A stretch of 64,000 bases of DNA from Escherichia coli (GCF_002854065.1 NZ_CP024147.1), one strand, 5' to 3'; shown: positions 20,146 to 32,690, counted from the first letter of the stretch. Program-made: numbers and translations. The notes: generated from the sequence alone by a model not told the origin.

Positions 20146-21435
20146 ATGAAAAGAAAAACCATGGGGTGGATTATCGTTTTTCTTCTGTTTATAGTTTACA
20201 TGCTGAACTATATGGATCGTTCTGCATTATCGATTACGGCCCCACTTATCGAAAAAGAGTTAGGCTTTAATGCTGCTGAAATGGGGATAATTTTCAGCGC
20301 ATTTTTCGTTGGTTATGCTTTATTTAACTTCATTGGCGGTTGGGCCAGTGACAAAGTTGGACCCAAAACAGTATTTTTGGTTGCTGCACTGTTGTGGTCT
20401 GTTTTTTGTGGTATGACCGGTCTGGTCACCGGATTATGGACAATGCTTGCCGTACGTGTTTTATTTGGTATGGCAGAGGGCCCGGTTAGTGCAGCAGGAA
20501 ATAAAATTATTAATAACTGGATCTCGCGTAAAGAGTCGGCAACAGCTATCGGTATTTTTAGTGCTGGTTCACCACTTGGTGGCGCTATTTCTGGTCCGGT
20601 CGTTGGCTTGCTGGCAATATCACTTGGCTGGCGTCCGGCGTTTGGGATCATATTTATATTTGGCCTAGTTTGGGTATTACTGTGGTACTTCTTTGTCAGT
20701 GATAAACCGTCAAAAAGTAAACGTCTGGCAGCGGAAGAACGTGTCGATTTCGAAAACCATGACGATATTATTCTAGCCGAAGATGGTAAAGGTACACCTT
20801 CGCTTGGTTATTACATGAAGCAGCCGATGGTATGGGCGACCACGCTGGCATTTTTTAGCTATAACTATATTCTATTTTTCTTTCTTACTTGGTTTCCAAG
20901 CTATTTGAATCATTCATTACACATTGATATTAAAGAAATTAGTATTGCAACTGTTATCCCGTGGTTTATTGGGGCAATTGGCATGGTGTTAGGTGGCGTC
21001 TGCTCTGACTTTATTTATCGTATTACGGGAAATGCCTTACTTTCTCGCCGTTTAATTCTCGGCAGTTGCCTTGCGGGGGCCGCGGTTTGTGTCGCTGTTT
21101 CCGGAACTGTTACCTCTATTGGTAGTGCGATTACGCTGATGTCTGTTTCCTTATTCCTGCTTTATCTAACTGGACCTATTTATTGGGCTGTTATTCAGGA
21201 TGTAGTGCATAAAGATAAAGTAGGTAGCGTAGGCGGTGCGATGCACGGTCTGGCAAATATTTCCGGCATTATTGGTCCATTGGTAACCGGTTTTATTGTC
21301 CAGTTCAGTGGTAAATATGATTACGCATTCTATCTTGCAGGTGCCATAGCAATCATTTCAAGTCTGCTGGTATTCATTTTTGTTAAAAATAAAGGATTGA
21401 AAGTCAATGAAAGTCAAAGCTGTGTACATCAATAA
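20146..21435 (+). CDS. MFS transporter, sugar-acid (galactonate/hexuronate-type) anion:cation symporter family
   Basis: 429-aa ORF with 12 predicted TM segments; N-terminal motif YMDRSALSITAPLI...GGWASDKVGPK typical of this MFS family. Confidence 0.8.
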   Translation: MKRKTMGWIIVFLLFIVYMLNYMDRSALSITAPLIEKELGFNAAEMGIIFSAFFVGYALFNFIGGWASDKVGPKTVFLVAALLWSVFCGMTGLVTGLWTMLAVRVLFGMAEGPVSAAGNKIINNWISRKESATAIGIFSAGSPLGGAISGPVVGLLAISLGWRPAFGIIFIFGLVWVLLWYFFVSDKPSKSKRLAAEERVDFENHDDIILAEDGKGTPSLGYYMKQPMVWATTLAFFSYNYILFFFLTWFPSYLNHSLHIDIKEISIATVIPWFIGAIGMVLGGVCSDFIYRITGNALLSRRLILGSCLAGAAVCVAVSGTVTSIGSAITLMSVSLFLLYLTGPIYWAVIQDVVHKDKVGSVGGAMHGLANISGIIGPLVTGFIVQFSGKYDYAFYLAGAIAIISSLLVFIFVKNKGLKVNESQSCVHQ

Positions 21436-22432
21436 ACCTGGTGAAATTGCTACCCGTCTGGTCGATTATCCAGTAAGAAAAGATAATGAAGTTTTAATTA
21501 AAGTGGATGCAGCGGGAATTTGTGGTTCTGACATCGGTGCATTTCGTGGTACTAACCCACTGGTAACTTATCCGAGAATTATTGGACATGAAGTCACCGG
21601 GATTGTTCTGGAAACCGGTGAGGGGGTACCACAAAATATCAAACAGGGCGACCGGGTTATTGTAGATCCCTATGTTTATTGCGGTCACTGTTATCCATGT
21701 TCTGTAGGTAGAACTAATTGCTGCGAGAACTTAAAAGTCATCGGCGTACATATTGATGGCGCTATGCAAGAAGTGGTTTCGCATCCGGCTCACTTAATTC
21801 ACAAAATTCCTGACAATGTACCGTCAGAGATGGCGCCACTGGCTGAACCCTTAACTATTGCCCTACACGCATTACATCGAGCGCAATTGAAAGCAGGTGA
21901 ACATGTCGTCATTATTGGTGCAGGCGCTATTGGACTTATGGCGGCCCTGAGTTCGTTGAACTATAAAGCAACTCCCATTCTGGTTGATATTGTCGATGAA
22001 CGGTTGCAATACGCGAAATCGCTCGGCGTACCTTATGTAGTAAACTCCGCAAAAGCTAATGTTATTGAGGCAGTGAAAGATATTACACAAGGGACGATGG
22101 CTCAGGTTGTGGTGGAAGCCTCTGGTGCAAATAGCGCAATCAGAAGTACCCTGGATCTGGCCTCATTTGCAGGGCGTATAGCCTATACTGGTTGGCCAAA
22201 GCAGGAAACATCGTTACCAACTAATCTAATTACCTTTAAAGAACTAGATTTACGTGGTTCCCGTACCAGTGCCGGTGAATTTGAAGAAGCCCTGCAAATG
22301 TTATCAACGCTGAATATTAATCCGGCTGATATCGTGAGCAAAGTCGTGACAATAGATGAAGTTCCTGAGGCTGTAAAAGAGTTAGATCAATTTCCGGAAC
22401 GCTATCTGAAAATTAACGTGAAATTCATTTAA
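21407..22432 (+). CDS. Zinc-dependent medium-chain dehydrogenase (L-galactonate/sorbitol dehydrogenase-like)
   Basis: 341-aa ORF; zinc ligand region GHEVTGIV, structural-zinc cysteines CGHCYPCSVGRTNCC, NAD-binding GAGAIGL. Confidence 0.8.
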   Translation: MKVKAVYINKPGEIATRLVDYPVRKDNEVLIKVDAAGICGSDIGAFRGTNPLVTYPRIIGHEVTGIVLETGEGVPQNIKQGDRVIVDPYVYCGHCYPCSVGRTNCCENLKVIGVHIDGAMQEVVSHPAHLIHKIPDNVPSEMAPLAEPLTIALHALHRAQLKAGEHVVIIGAGAIGLMAALSSLNYKATPILVDIVDERLQYAKSLGVPYVVNSAKANVIEAVKDITQGTMAQVVVEASGANSAIRSTLDLASFAGRIAYTGWPKQETSLPTNLITFKELDLRGSRTSAGEFEEALQMLSTLNINPADIVSKVVTIDEVPEAVKELDQFPERYLKINVKFI

Positions 22433-22459
22433 TTATAATTAACAAAAATAAAAAGTCTG

Positions 22460-22489
22460 ACGCGTAGTGTATTCACTACGCGTTTTTTA
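22460..22489 (+). terminator. Rho-independent terminator after the dehydrogenase gene
   Basis: acgcgtagtg-tatt-cactacgcgt followed by TTTTTT. Confidence 0.7.
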
Positions 22490-22975
22490 TGTGCGCCGTG
22501 ACTGGCGCTGTTCTTCAACTGTGGTGGCTGAAGAACGACTAAGAGGTGAAAGTTCTCCAAACACCCGGTGAGGGGAAATGTTAGCGGAAGGCAAGGATGT
22601 TCATCGCGAGGTGAAATCTGAAGGAAGCCGGATGCAAAATGCTGGCCTGACGAACAGGAAGCGGCTAAGGCGGCACAAATCACCAAAGCCCAATACTCAC
22701 ACGGAACGCGGTGACGTACAGCCGACAGGCATAAGCAGGAAAGTCGTGCGAATTACCCCGGGAGATCTGCCGCTCTGCCAGTGTGCTACCGACGCCGTAG
22801 TAGCGCTGCAAAACCGGCAGCATGAAGGGCCGAACATAATTAACCGTGATTAGGACATCCGAACCCGATGATGATTAATGAAGCATAAACGCAGGCAACT
22901 GCGGCCAGCGGCAGAAGAGACGGACGGCATCCTGAGGTGTACTGGCAATAGCGGACACTACCATTTGTTCTTTTT

Positions 22976-23794
22976 TTAAGCAGCCATCTGATGATATTTT
23001 TCCCTGAAGGCTGCCGGGGAGATATTCCCCAGACGAGAGTGACGACGCTGACGATTGTAGAAAATCTCAATGTATTCCCGTATTACTGAGATGGCCTCAT
23101 CCCGGCTATTAAAACGATAGTGGCTCAGGCTCTCATTTTTCAGCGTTCCCCAGAAGCTTTCCATCGGAGCGTTGTCGTAACAGTTACCTTTACGCGACAT
23201 TGATGTTTTCAGACCAAACTGCTCCTGGATGACCCGGTAATCGTATGCGCAGTACTGTGAACCTCGATCGGAGTGGTGGATTAGCCCGGCAGGTGGGCGC
23301 TGGCTCCTGAGCGCCATAAACATTGCTTTACCTGTCAGCTCTTTTGTCATGCGCTCTCCCATGGCGTAGCCGACAATTTCGCACGTATAAACATCTTTGA
23401 TGCCAGCGAGGTACAACCATCCCTCCTGTGTGGCAACATACGTCAGGTCCGCCACCCAGACCTGATTTGGTACTGTAGGAGCGAACGTCTGGTTCAGCAG
23501 ATTTGGCGCAACTGGCAGATTGTGGCTCGAGTTCGTAGTCGCTCTGAACTTGCGTTTCTGCTTACAGCGTAGCCTTAGCTCCTTACGAAGACGTGCCAGT
23601 CGGTCACGACCAACGATGATGCCATTCTCTGCCAGCTCCGTCTGGAGCCGCCGGGTTCCATATGTTTCGCGAGTGCTGATATGTGCCACCTTAATCTCCA
23701 GTTTTAGCCGCTCATCACTTTGTTTTCTGTCTGAGGGGTCATGCTGTACCCAGTTGTAATAACCGCTCCTGGATACACCAAATACCTGACACAT
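22976..23794 (-). CDS. IS600-like transposase OrfB
   Basis: 272-aa ORF with DDE integrase core (HSDRGSQY...). Confidence 0.8.
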   Translation of the reverse strand: MCQVFGVSRSGYYNWVQHDPSDRKQSDERLKLEIKVAHISTRETYGTRRLQTELAENGIIVGRDRLARLRKELRLRCKQKRKFRATTNSSHNLPVAPNLLNQTFAPTVPNQVWVADLTYVATQEGWLYLAGIKDVYTCEIVGYAMGERMTKELTGKAMFMALRSQRPPAGLIHHSDRGSQYCAYDYRVIQEQFGLKTSMSRKGNCYDNAPMESFWGTLKNESLSHYRFNSRDEAISVIREYIEIFYNRQRRHSRLGNISPAAFREKYHQMAA

Positions 23795-23829
23795 CGCTTC
23801 AATGGGAAATTGTTGTCGCCATTGTTCGA

Positions 23830-24132
23830 TTAACGCGTATTTTTCAGCGACTCCTGTGCAAAATACGCTGTTGCTTTTTTTAATATATCTCGCTCAAGGC
23901 GAGCTTCATTTAACGCCTTACGCAGTTGCAGAATTTCAGATTCCAGTTCAGCCACCATGCGGGAACCAAGAGTACCGAGCCCTTTTCTGGCGGCGGTAAC
24001 CCATTGTCCTAAAGTGCCTTCAGGAAGAGATAATCGGGAAGCGCCTTCACTGATCGAAAGTTGATTTTCAAGAACCGTTCTGACAGCTTCGGCTTTGAAC
24101 TCTTTAGAGTAACGTTGGGTTTTTCTGCTCAT
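23830..24132 (-). CDS. IS600-like transposase OrfA
   Basis: 100-aa ORF MSRKTQRYSKEFKAEAVRTV... with HTH and leucine zipper. Confidence 0.8.
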   Translation of the reverse strand: MSRKTQRYSKEFKAEAVRTVLENQLSISEGASRLSLPEGTLGQWVTAARKGLGTLGSRMVAELESEILQLRKALNEARLERDILKKATAYFAQESLKNTR

Positions 24133-24196
24133 TATTAGCTCCTTCTGATGCCATTCTATTTCAGGAAGGAGTGTCCGTTAAACTCAGGCTACCTCA

Positions 24197-24849
24197 TCCG
24201 TCAGAGCTGCATGATGGCGGCGTGAGAACCTTAGGCATCCCGACAGTGGTGGATAGGCCTATCCAGCAGGCTATAGCTATAGCGCAACATTTAAGCGCCA
24301 TCGTGGACAAAAGCTTCTCAGACTCTAGGCACGGTTTCCGGCTGGGACGCAACGTATGGCAGGCAGTGCAATAGGCACAGCATTATATACGGGGCAGCAA
24401 ACGGTGGGTGGTGGATATAAATCTGGAGAAGTTCTTCGACCGTGTGGATCACAGACTCCTGATGACGCGTCTGGCCAGTACGATAAAGGACAGGCGGGTG
24501 CTGAGGCTGATACGCCGCTACTTGAAAGAGGAAATAGTCCGGGACGGGCAAAGAGAGAAATGGCAGGAAGGCATGCCGCAGGGCGGCCATTGCTGCATGG
24601 TATCAGGACGTCGTAGAGAACAAACTGAAGCAGAAAGTGAATGAGAAGAAGAGCGCGGTGGCGCGCCCGTGGGAGCAGAAGTTCCTCGGGTACAGTATGA
24701 CATGGCACAAACAGTTGAAGCTGAAAATAGCCCTGACGAGTGTGAACAGGCTGAAGGAGAAAGTGCGCAGTCTGACCACGGGAAACCGGAGCAAATCAGT
24801 GAAAGCGACAATCAATGCCCTGACGCCAGTGCTGCGTGAACCTGTTTAA
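24197..24849 (+). pseudogene. Group II intron reverse transcriptase, fragmentary
   Basis: RT domains 1-4 motifs spread over ORFs 24171-24374, 24408-24644 and 24637-24849; interrupted by a stop and a frameshift; N-terminus displaced by IS600. Confidence 0.55.
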
Positions 24850-24855
24850 GATTCT

Positions 24856-25680
24856 GTGTAAATGCCTTTTCTCAGAAGTGACCGTCCTGGCGGTCACCGA
24901 ACTCGATAATAAAGCGGCTGAACCTGTACATAGATTTGTGTAATCGCCTGATTTTGATATGTTCAATCCAGCATCATATGAAGGTTAATTTATGGATGAA
25001 AAACAGTTACAGGCTCTGGCTAACGAACTGGCCAAAAACCTCAAAACCTCTGAAGACCTCAGTCAGTTTGATCGGCTGCTGAAAAAGCTCAGCGTTGAAG
25101 CCGCTCTCAATGCTGAGATGACACACCATCTTGGGTATGAGAAAAATCAGCCCAGACTAGGAGCTAACTCCCGCAACGGTTATTCCACAAAGACCGTTAT
25201 CACAGGCGACGGTCCACTGGAACTGCGTACTCCGCGCGATCGTGACGGTACCTTCGAACCACAACTGGTAAAGAAAAATCAGACCCGTATTACCGGGATG
25301 GATAACCAGATCCTCTCGTTGTATGCCAAAGGGATGACCACTCGTGAGATAGCTGCTGCGTTCAAAGAACTGTATGACGCAGATGTTTCACCGGCGCTGA
25401 CAGCCGAAGCTGGCAGGCTAACTGGCCGAATCTTGCCACGTTCTTCGCTTATCCAACGGACATCCGCAAAGTGATCTATACGACGAATGCCATCGAGTCG
25501 CTAAACAGCGTGATCCGCCATGCGATCAAAAAGCGTAAAGTGTTCCCGACAGACGACTCGGTGAAAAAAGTGGTGTGGCTGGCAATCCAGTCTGCGTCCC
25601 AGAAATGGACGATTCCGTTGAAGGACTGGCGAATGGCAACGAGCCGCTTGGAACTGTAAATATCACATAGTTTTTGCGCC
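24856..25680 (+). mobile_element. IS256-family element remnant (left end plus 5' part of the transposase gene)
   Basis: Terminal sequence GTGTAAATGCCTTTTCTCAGAAGTGACCG... followed by transposase N-terminal fragments; an inverted copy of the same terminal sequence occurs at 36620-36685. Confidence 0.6.
24992..25659 (+). pseudogene. IS256-family (mutator-type) transposase, truncated and frameshifted
   Basis: ORFs 24992-25474 and 25471-25659 in different frames; only ~220 aa present. Confidence 0.6.
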
Positions 25681-25958
25681 AAAATACCGAAGACAGGTGT
25701 TCTACAGAGAGAAGCGTAGAGCAATAGGCTGTATTTTGAGGAAGCTGTGTGAGTGGAAAAGTGTACAGATTCTGGAAGCTGAATACTGTGCAAATCCCGC
25801 CCCAAATGAGCGCATACGGAAGTGTTCTGCGCTGGTTTTGCCGTACTCCTTCATGGGCCGGTTATTCATATCCGTCAGTAAATCCCAAAAACGTACATTC
25901 AACGTAAGCATCCGGTGAACTCGCATGGCGCGATCACCGGCGTTATGGCAGGGCGTAT

Positions 25959-27635
25959 TCAGTCCGCCGGATGGCGGTAAGGCAGCAGTTCATCCAGCCG
26001 GGACGCCGTCCATGACGGCAGCTTCTCCAGCACATCTCGCAGCCAGACTACTGGCTCCAGACCGTTCAGCCTCGCCGTGTGCAGCAGCGTCAGCAGCTCC
26101 GCCAGCCGCTCTCCTCCCCGCAGCGAACCCGCGAACAGCCATGACTTCCGCCCCTGCGCCACCGGACGCATCATCTACTCACTCCGGTTGTTGTCCAGCG
26201 GTACCCGTCCGTCATTCAGGTATGTTTCCAGCGCCGGCCAACGCTTCAGGGCATACGTCACCGCACCGTGCAGCCTGCCACCCGGCGCGCTCGTCTTTTC
26301 CGTCGCCCTCAGCCAGCTGTGGAACGCCTCCATCTGCGGCTTCGCGTACCGCCGTCGCCATCGCCATTTCTGCTCTGCCGGACGCTGCCGGATGGTCTGC
26401 TCCAGGATATACAGCGCCCGTATCTGTTTCAGCGCCTCCTTCGCCCCCGGACTGCCGTTCATTCTGTACAGCTCCATGAACTTTCTGCGCACGTGCGCCA
26501 TGCACCCCGCCTCACAGATACCCGGTGCCGCCGGAGGGGCCCCTTCCTGCCCGTCACGGAACAGCGCCCGGTAACCGGCATAACCGTCAGCCACCAGAGT
26601 CCCCGACCACCCGCTCAGCATCTCACACGCATACTGCCCCGCACGCCCCGGACGGCAGTCGTACACCACGATGTCCCGGGCACTGCCCGCCGCACTCACG
26701 TATGCTCACAGGTACCCTTTCCGGACTTTCCCTTTCCGCGTATCCAGTATCTGCAGCGGCGTCTCGTCCGCCTGCAGCACCGGTTGCCTGAGCAGGTCAC
26801 GTTTCAGGGCTGCCGCCAGCGGCGACAGCACCGCCGCCGTCGGCCCGAACCAGTCCGTCAGCGTGCTTTCCGGCAACTGTACCCCTTCACGGGCGTATAT
26901 CTTCTGCTGCCGCTGCAGTGACAGGTGATCCAGCACCTTCGCGGTCACCACCTGCGCCAGCAGACCCGGACCCGGCTGCCCTTTGTCGATGACTGCCGGC
27001 GGCAGCACGGCACTGTGCACCGTGTCGCAGCACGGGCAACTGTACTGCGGTCTCACGGTCCGTTTCACCACGAAGTGTGCCGGTACATACTCCAGCACCT
27101 CATTCACCTCGTCGCGGATATGTCGCATTTCACTTCCGCAGTCCGGACAGGTGCTACCGGTCTCAGGCATGAGTACGGTTTCCTGTCGCGGCAGGTGTGC
27201 CGGCAGGGGGTGACGGGCCGGCTTCTTCCCGGTTTTCTCCTTCACCGGCAGCAGGTCGCTCAGTTGCCGGGTGATATCAGCCTCATCGCTGGCCGCGTCC
27301 TCATCTGCCAGTGGTTTCTGGCTGGCCGGGAGGCGCTCGCTTTTACGCCCGAAGCGCCACTGGTGGGCCAGCTTCAGGGCCTCCTCCAGCTCCCGGATGC
27401 GCTGTTCATATGCGGTTTTTTCTGCCTGCATGGCGGCATTAAGGTCATGGATACGCTGTTCCAGCGTGGTGGTGACGGTATTCAGGTTATGGAGGCGCTG
27501 TTCCAGCGTGGTGTTGACGGTATTCAGGTTATGAAGGCGCTGCTCATATTCGCATGCCTGTGCCGTCAGCAGCGCTGTTGCCAGACGGCGCAGTTCATCG
27601 GGGTTTTGTGTGGTGTTCAGGATGTCATCTGTCAT
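25959..27635 (-). pseudogene. IS66-family transposase TnpC, split into three ORF pieces
   Basis: ORFs 26706-27635, 26175-26699 and 25959-26174 carry N-terminal coiled coil, zinc-finger CPxC...CPCC and DDE core in different frames. Confidence 0.7.
27456..27539. repeat. Tandem 42-bp duplication (2 copies, 2 mismatches) inside IS66 tnpC
   Basis: CTGTTCCAGCGTGGTGGTGACGGTATTCAGGTTATGGAGGCG repeated directly; gives the duplicated 14-aa coiled-coil unit. Confidence 0.8.
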
Positions 27636-27709
27636 GCAGCCATGATGACAGAGGCGGGCGGGAACATCCTGATAAGAAGCTGCCCGTATTATGATTCTGG
27701 CACAGGAGG

Positions 27710-28048
27710 TTATTCAGTCCACCTCTGCAGGGGGCTGGCAGAGAGACGCAGCCAGTCAACGCCGGCGGTAAGCCAGGCGAACTGTTCCGCCGTGAGCGAC
27801 CAGGTGGTGTCGCCGTCGCGGGGCCAGCGGAAGGCGCCCTGGTGCAGGCGGCGGGTGCAGAGCCAGACGCCGTGGCGGTCCCACATCAGGAGTTTCATGC
27901 GGGTGCGTTTTTTCCCGGTGAAGAGGAAGGCTTCGCCTTCCCGGGGCGGATGCCCGGCGGCCTGAGTGGCGAGTCGCGTCAGGGAGTCGATGCCGGCGCG
28001 TATGTCAGCAGGCTCGCGGACGAGCCAGAGGGAATGAGGGCTCAGCAC
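27710..28048 (-). CDS. IS66-family TnpB (orf2)
   Basis: 112-aa ORF overlapping tnpA and preceding tnpC, the standard IS66 arrangement. Confidence 0.75.
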   Translation of the reverse strand: MLSPHSLWLVREPADIRAGIDSLTRLATQAAGHPPREGEAFLFTGKKRTRMKLLMWDRHGVWLCTRRLHQGAFRWPRDGDTTWSLTAEQFAWLTAGVDWLRLSASPLQRWTE

Positions 28049-28329
28049 AGGTTAAGCTCCCGGATGATGGCGGCGATGCCGGCCGGAGAGGCGGTGACGC
28101 AGACGCACTGAAGTTTCAGGGTGGCAGTGTCACTGACGGAGAGGGTGACCGGCAGGATGGCTGGTCTGTTATCAGCCGGAGCGGGGCCACGGGCGTCGTC
28201 AGCGGAGAAGGCGCGGCAGAGATGCCAGAAAGTTTTGTTGTTGATGCCGTGTTGCCGGGCATACGCGGTCCGGGACATGCCGCTGACGCGCCAGGCGTCG
28301 TAGTGCTGGCGTCGCTGCGCCGGGGTCAT
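28042..28329 (-). CDS. IS66-family TnpA (orf1)
   Basis: 95-aa ORF in the expected first position of the IS66 operon. Confidence 0.7.
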   Translation of the reverse strand: MTPAQRRQHYDAWRVSGMSRTAYARQHGINNKTFWHLCRAFSADDARGPAPADNRPAILPVTLSVSDTATLKLQCVCVTASPAGIAAIIRELNLC

Positions 28330-28929
28330 TTTTTTGCCATCAGTTTTCTCTCTTTTGCATATAAAGGAAGAACCTGCAGAATGGCGTGGTTCACAACGGC
28401 CGGCAATGCGAGTTCACCGGATGCTTACCATTCAACGTCCTGAGTGCATGGAAGGTTTCATTATGGATACGGGCAAGCAGCTATCTTTCAACGGTGAAAA
28501 CACCGTTTTTTGTGCTTTTGGTTTGCGTGGGTGAACCGGTATGATAACCGTACCATAGTACTCTGCAGGGCCTGGTTACTGTCGTGGATGACAGGAACAT
28601 AGCGCTGCGCTTCTTAGTTTATCGGGGCTGAGCAGCTTCGGTACGTTGCTCAAGTAGGTCAGGCAGTGGCCGTGAGTATTTAACCATGTCATCATACCCT
28701 GACCTTCACACGCTTCAGCGTAGGTATAGTAAGATGCCCCCCCATGGCCACGGAAATTGCCACGCGTATCCCCGGCACAATACCAGAAAATGAAAGAAGC
28801 GGAGGGAGGATAGACTTGTTACGCCTTCTGCTCTACATAAAAATTTTCCGGAAGCTGTCAGAAAAGAACTAATGACCTTAGGTACATTCATGGAAACGGT
28901 AAAGATTCTCTTACATAACTATTAAATCG

Positions 28930-29447
28930 ACGCTTTATTCTGACGATTATGCGGCGGAAAATCTCTATCGCGTTGCACTCACGTAAACAATTCTCCCTTG
29001 CCATGCTGGATATTGATTATCCTCAAGAAAATTAATAATCGTTATAGACATAATTCCGAGGGTAATACACAGAAAAATTTCTCTTCGATGATTTGTGAGC
29101 ATATTCTCATCAGTGCTTATGTTTTCCTCTATGGTGCCGAAGGATTTATTATTTTGTTTGTCGAAACAGAATTATCACACGCTAAAATCATTCTCGAAAA
29201 TCTACGTAACAAAATGGCTGGTTTGCGTATCCAAGCCTTAGTCAGTGAAAGGTTTTCGGTCACGGACAATATTGGCGTCGACGAATATGATTTTTATCCT
29301 GACTATAACCTATTGATAGAAAGGGAGGGCGTTTTATTACGCCAAAAGTCAGGATCGAAACCGGATAGACGTCTTTCTGCTACTGATGACAAACTGCTGA
29401 TTTTTCGTCATTGTCACGCGAAACCAGTAGATCCGAACCAAGTATGA
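28930..29447 (+). pseudogene. Degenerate GGDEF-domain (diguanylate cyclase-like) gene remnant
   Basis: ORF 28998-29447 has GAEGF at the GG(D/E)EF position plus downstream GGDEF-like helices; the preceding DxD region (SLAMLDIDYPQEN) is in another frame and ends in a stop. Confidence 0.45.
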
Positions 29448-29494
29448 TATGATAATTCGTCAGATAACTAACGATAAAAGCGAGCGGGAGGCAC

Positions 29495-30166
29495 ATGTTA
29501 ATTCCAGAAATTAAACAGGAAAGGCTCTATCAAAAGATAGCGAATCTTATTATTAAGCTCATCAATGATAATGTCTTTCCGCCAGGTAGTTTTTTACCTC
29601 CAGAGCGTGAGCTGGCGAAACAACTGGGAGTTAGTCGTTCATCGCTGAGAGAAGCTCTTATTGTTCTTGAGATATCTGGCTGGATTATTATTCAGTCTGG
29701 TAATGGGATTATTGTCAGTGATAATAAACACTCTCCAGTCGATTACACTATCGAAGAAATTCTTTATGTCCGTGATTTAGTTGATAGTCATTGTGCCCGA
29801 CTTGCAGCACTGGCTAATAATGAAACAATAATTAATAAAATTGAGTTACTCCATTTCCGAATGGAAAATTCCATTCATGAAAATAATGTGGCTGAATTTT
29901 ATATGCTTGATAAGCAGTTTCATCTGACCATTTCTGAAGCCAGCCATAATAGGGTGTTGTTAGATATGTCACGGATGCTTTGGGAGCAGCGTGTCAATAT
30001 ACCTTATGCTGGGCTGGATAAACGTTCCGGCGATAAGAATGTACTTATCAAACTTAATCAACAGCATAAAGCAATTATTGAGGCGATTCGTGCAGGAAAT
30101 GCAGACAATGCCTTGCAACGGGCACTGCTACATTTGAAGTATGTGCGAGAAATAATTGGTTATTAA
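29495..30166 (+). CDS. GntR/FadR-family transcriptional regulator
   Basis: 223-aa ORF; N-terminal winged HTH (ERELAKQLGVSRSSLREALIVLE) and FCD-type C-terminal domain. Confidence 0.8.
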   Translation: MLIPEIKQERLYQKIANLIIKLINDNVFPPGSFLPPERELAKQLGVSRSSLREALIVLEISGWIIIQSGNGIIVSDNKHSPVDYTIEEILYVRDLVDSHCARLAALANNETIINKIELLHFRMENSIHENNVAEFYMLDKQFHLTISEASHNRVLLDMSRMLWEQRVNIPYAGLDKRSGDKNVLIKLNQQHKAIIEAIRAGNADNALQRALLHLKYVREIIGY

Positions 30167-30379
30167 CCTTTTCTGCGCTGAATAAATATACCTCCGGTAT
30201 AGCCGTAATGCCGATCAGTTAAGGATCAGTTGACCGATCCAGTGGCTGTGTAAGAATCCGGAAACGCTCACTCGTTTCCGGATTTTTTATGCACATGGGA
30301 CAGGCCCTTGATCTGGTATCCCGTTACGATTCTCTGCGTAACCCACTGACTTCTCTGGGAGATTACCTCGACCCCGAAC

Positions 30380-31884
<1,505 letters not shown>

Positions 31885-32289
31885 CCACTACACCTGACCG
31901 GTAGCAGACAAGCCCAGTCCTCCTGTAACAATAAAAGGGGTACCAAGTCGCAACCACCGAAATTTCCGGAATGCACAAATTTTGCGCTCGGCAACCTGTA
32001 CGTAAGACCGCCGTTAACCGGACAGCAAAGAAATAGCTGCCTGGCGCGAAAAATCACTGCCCGTAACGTATCCATAGCTGGTACGAATAAATTCTCACTT
32101 ACTGCACCATAAACGTACACGTTAAAACCTGCCAAACATGCTTCAAAGATCAACAAATTCGCTGTATCGGAAATTTCGGCGTTTCCAGCGTAGGGGGCAG
32201 CTTGGAATTCGGAAATTTTCCCACGCTAAGACTATTTTTTATACAGCAACATTTGTTGTTTCGCTCTAACTCTCAGAATTGTTTGCCGT

Positions 32290-32690
32290 GTGGTTCGGAG
32301 TTACGATAAAGCGACAGTGCAGGATGTGATGTTAGGAGCGATAGAAAAACGCTTTGGCGATAAAGTACCGGAACAGTCCATCCAGTGGCTGACAGATAAC
32401 GGTTAAGCGTACAGAGCGCATGAAACACGGCAGTTCGCCAGAGAGCTGAATCTGAAGCCCTGCACAACGGCAATCAGTAGCCCTCAGAGTAATGGAATGG
32501 CAGAACGGTTCGTGAAAACGATGAAGGAAGACTACATCGCGTTCATGCCGAAACCGAATGTAAGAACGGCATTGCATAACCTTGCAGTGGCGATCGAGCA
32601 TTACAATGAAAACCATCCGCATAGTGCGTTGGGTTATCGCTCTCCGCGAGAATATCGACGTCAGCGGGTAATGTTAACTTAAGATACAAC
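32290..32690 (+). pseudogene. IS2-group IS3-family transposase OrfB, 3' fragment
   Basis: ORF 32497-32682 and upstream in-frame pieces parallel the IS2 InsD C-terminus (FVKT.K.DY...[14 protein letters not shown]). Confidence 0.55.

Larger units (their letters stand above)
22933..24196 (-). mobile_element. IS600-like IS3-family insertion sequence with 3-bp target duplication
   Basis: 1264 bp between TGAGGTGTACTGGCAATAGCGGACAC and ...AACTCAGGCTACCTCA; flanking TCC on both sides; OrfA/OrfB pair. Confidence 0.8.
22491..24855 (+). mobile_element. Decayed group II intron remnant, inserted just after a terminator hairpin, interrupted by IS600 and 3'-truncated
   Basis: Starts GTGCGCCGTGAC immediately after the terminator T-run; reverse-transcriptase motifs downstream of IS600 (RTLGIPTVVDRPIQQA, DINLEKFFDRVDH); one in-frame TAG and a frameshift. 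Confidence 0.5.
25904..28428 (-). mobile_element. IS66-family insertion sequence with 8-bp target-site duplication; tnpC disrupted
   Basis: Inverted repeats GTAAGCATCCGGTGAACTCGCAT at 25904-25926 and 28406-28428; flanked by direct repeat CATTCAAC; tnpA-tnpB-tnpC order on the minus strand. Confidence 0.8.

Noticed and set aside
25925..27965. Long Pro/Ala/Arg-rich ORFs on the plus strand (25925-26479, 26268-26921, 26925-27965 and others)
   Set aside because: They are antisense to the GC-rich IS66-family transposase genes; low-complexity composition is what antisense frames of GC-rich DNA give; no start or RBS support.
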